Of a stretch of DNA of 64,000 nucleotides, positions 61,201 to 64,000 are shown piece after piece. Within the stretch, counting starts at the first letter, position 1, and every line of letters begins with the position of its first letter. Made by a program: the position numbers and the translations under genes. The notes beneath the pieces are model-generated. The model saw nothing but the letters and a program-made list of their open reading frames with translations, did not search any database and was not told the origin of the DNA. This DNA comes from Hormiphora californensis. Taxonomy: Eukaryota > Animalia > Ctenophora. Location: the NCBI GenBank assembly GCA_020137815.1, contig CM035350.1:5518001-5582000 (forward strand), read 5' to 3'.

Positions 61201-64000
61201 CCGGGGGGCCACCCGAAAAACCAAAACCCCCTTTTCCCAAAGAGCAAGCAGTTTTATGTTTAACAAAAACAAAAACCCCATTTAGGGGGATCGAGTGGTT
61301 AAAAAATACGTAACACAAAATCTTATGGAAAAAACAAAGTACAAGTGGCCCCACTCCCAAAAGAGTACAAAAGGGAGGGGGAAAATGGGTCGTTTAAGCG
61401 GATCTCACTTTCAGCTTAGGGTTAAGGTATCCCCTTTTTCCCCCTCTATCAAAATTTTGGAGATGTCGCGTCGTGAGGGGCCGTTCGTTCAGCGCTAAAC
61501 GACAGCCTGCCCCTTTCTTTAAAACCTTCATTTTTTGGTAATGGGGGCCCCTAACCGCCCGGGAGGGGTTTTAAAGGGCCTTTTGTTTGGGGTCGGGGTT
61601 GGGTTAAAAATTGGGGTAAGGGTTAGGTTTTAAAGCTCTCTTTTCCCGGGCCTGAGGGCCGAGGTTAAATCAAAAAGCCCTTATTTGAGGCGCCCCCAAA
61701 CCCGGTGCCTATGATATAACCGTGCGGGGCAATAAATCCCCCCCCCCCCCCAAGTCTACCAATTCCAGTATTGGGGAGCGCAAAAATTAGGTATAGTAAC
61801 CTATGAGACTAAAAAATAATTTGCCCAAAAATTTCAGCCCTCTAGTTTAAAAAATCTTTTTTTTAACGGAATGAACCTTTTAAACCCTTACAGAAAAAAA
61901 AATTTTTCCCGGCCCAAAAATTTTTCCCAAAAATGTTTGGCTATCAAATTGTTTTCCCCAATATGCCCCAAGATCAGTTAAATTTGGGGACAACCACAGA
62001 GCCCCGGGGTTTTTTTCTGAAAGTTAGTCAGGTCCTGGGGATCCTGTTTAATGGGTTGAGTGCCCCGTTTTGCGAATTTGGAATAAAAAGGAAAAATGTT
62101 TTCCGAAAAAAAAAATAAATTTTGGGAGTTAAGGTCGGGAAATTTTGGGGTCAAGTTTTTTATTTGTCTCATAGATTTTACTTTCCCAAAAATTTTACGC
62201 TCCCACGAATCGGGAACATGGTGGGACTTGGGGGGGGGGGGCATTTTTATTGCCCCATACCAAACTGTTCTATTTTGGTTGTTTCCCCTGTTTTTTTCTT
62301 AGAAAAAAAGTTTTCTCATTTAAAAGTTTTTGAAAAAAAGGGGTTTAATAACCGATAGTAACTTTGTTATGTATTGATTGGGGGTTTCTTAGAACAAAGT
62401 TTTTTTTTAAAAAGTTTCTAGAAATTGCCCCTTTTTTTTAAAAATGAAGTTTTTCAATTTTGGCGATTTTGGTTTTTTTCCCCCAAATTTGATGGGAAAA
62501 AAAGCCCTACAAGAGGGGCTGTCTGGTTAATTTTCAAAAAGAGTAAAAGGTTTTTTTTTGGAAGTACTTTTATTTTAAAAAACTGCAGAAAGTGAAGCAA
62601 ATGGCAATTGTTTCCCGCTAATAAATTCGGAAAAAAATACGCTTCGTAAACTTTTTTACCATAGAAGTAATTTAAACCCCAGAAAAAATTTTCTTCAGTT
62701 TTTTTCTTTTATTTAAAAAAAACTAAATTTAAATACTTCAATTTAGCTGCCCGATTTTGTTTTAAGTATTTGGCCACTTTAGAAAAAATACTTCACTTCA
62801 TTTTCTTTTAATTTGAAAATGCCTTTTTATAAAAACGTTTGGGAGATTTGTTTGAATATTTTTAAATCAGAAGATACTTCACCCCCCTTATTTTCTCCAA
62901 TTTTTAAAAAAACTTTTAAATCTTGGGTGGGAAATTTAAAAAGCTTTTTGTCGCATCCGAAAAAACTTCCCAAACTAAGAATACTTTTTTTTTTAAATTT
63001 TTAAAAATTTGCCATTTATAACACCCCGTCCGGCCCAAAAAGAAAAGGGAAAATTCCAAGATTTGTTTGGGTGCAGATCATCAAAGGGTGAAAGGGCGCC
63101 CGGGGGGCGTCCCCTTTTAAAAAAATATTCTATTCTGAGAATTTAATTATCGTTACATTTTCGAATTACTCATCCCACCGTCCCCAAAAACGTCACTCCA
63201 ATCTCTTCTTTTGAACTTGAACCCCACATTCAAAGGTTAACATTATGTTCCAGTACCGGACTGTCGTAAAGAACAACACAACCAGTTGTTAGGGAACTCA
63301 ACAAGTGGAGAGCGAAGGGCCCGGGGGCCCGGGGGGATCATGATTCTGGGGGTTATCTCTTTTAAGAAATTTACTTTTGGGCCCAAAAAGAGAGGACAAC
63401 CCCAAAAAGTGTTTTCAAACCCCTGACCTTTATGGTTTTTTAAGTGATTTTCCCTAGCGTTTTTGGTTTCAAAATTTAAACATTCCGAAAGGGTAGGGGG
63501 CCCGCTCAGCCTGGTTTGAAAAAATCAAACCCTTTTTGGAGTTAAAATAGTGTAACGGGGCCCTCCGGGGTGTTAGGGATCATGCTGCAGCGGTACAAAG
63601 TTTTTTTGTCATCTCAGACCTTTTTGGGTTTTAAAAAATAAAAAATATTTGGGTAACCATTTCCCCCACCACCCGAGCTGCTGCTTTTGTTTTGCCACCA
63701 TGGGGAAAATTTAATTATACCGTTTCGGGTTTTTTCCTCCATTGCAATTTTCAAAAACCTTTTTTTTTATGATAATAATTATTGTTATCAGGAAAGGGGG
63801 TTTAAAAACACGTTACCCTGTTTTTGATGAAAATTTGGAGCCAAAGGGGTTTAATTTTTCTTTTTGATAGGGCTATGACATGACTATGAAATTACTATGG
63901 TACTTTTCCTCCCCTTAACCCAGTCCCCCTTGTATCCCAAACAATCCTCCAGCTGACATCAATGTCAGGGACTATCAGGAGGGCCCGGAAACCCCGGGGG
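52255..64000 (+). other. Low-accuracy (homopolymer-expanded) continuation of PRKDC copy B
   Basis: Collinear corrupted matches to copy A: about 55880-56055 matches exon 15115-15275, about 57010-57110 matches exon 17735-17826, about 61280-61426 matches exon 19589-19736. Homopolymer runs are inflated throughout, typical of unpolished long-read sequence. Confidence 0.9.

Noticed and set aside
52255-64000. Many Phe/Lys/Gly/Pro-rich ORFs, suggesting a diverged pseudogene or foreign DNA
   Set aside because: These are artefacts of homopolymer-inflated sequence that is collinear with copy A.

Overview
AT-rich, intron-containing animal DNA, most likely a ctenophore (inferred from a spliced-leader-like 20-mer recalled from memory and from the LINE ORF1 type). 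The window holds two collinear copies of a divergent DNA-PKcs (PRKDC) gene. Copy A is the 3' half (exons 1510-24429). Copy B has exons from about 34.9-37.4 kb onward and degrades into homopolymer-corrupted sequence after about 52.25 kb. Between them lies a mitochondrial ClpX gene whose last exon is on the opposite strand from the rest (an inverted block ending at a 100-N gap). The PRKDC copies are nearly identical in exons but differ by more than 15 intronic insertions, so filled and empty sites define many element boundaries exactly: MITEs of several superfamilies, two Helentron/HINE-like elements, an ORF1-only LINE derivative and splice-site-derived minisatellites. The main finding is an intact, apparently recent CRE-clade (RT plus restriction-like endonuclease) retrotransposon at 43159-46226 (-). 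Its 5' UTR consists almost entirely of a spliced-leader-like sequence 10 nt before the ATG. It also has an N-terminal HeH/SAP-like domain, an oligo-C 3' end and a 12-bp TSD. This suggests a promoterless retrotransposon whose 5' end is supplied by SL trans-splicing or by an SL RNA gene.
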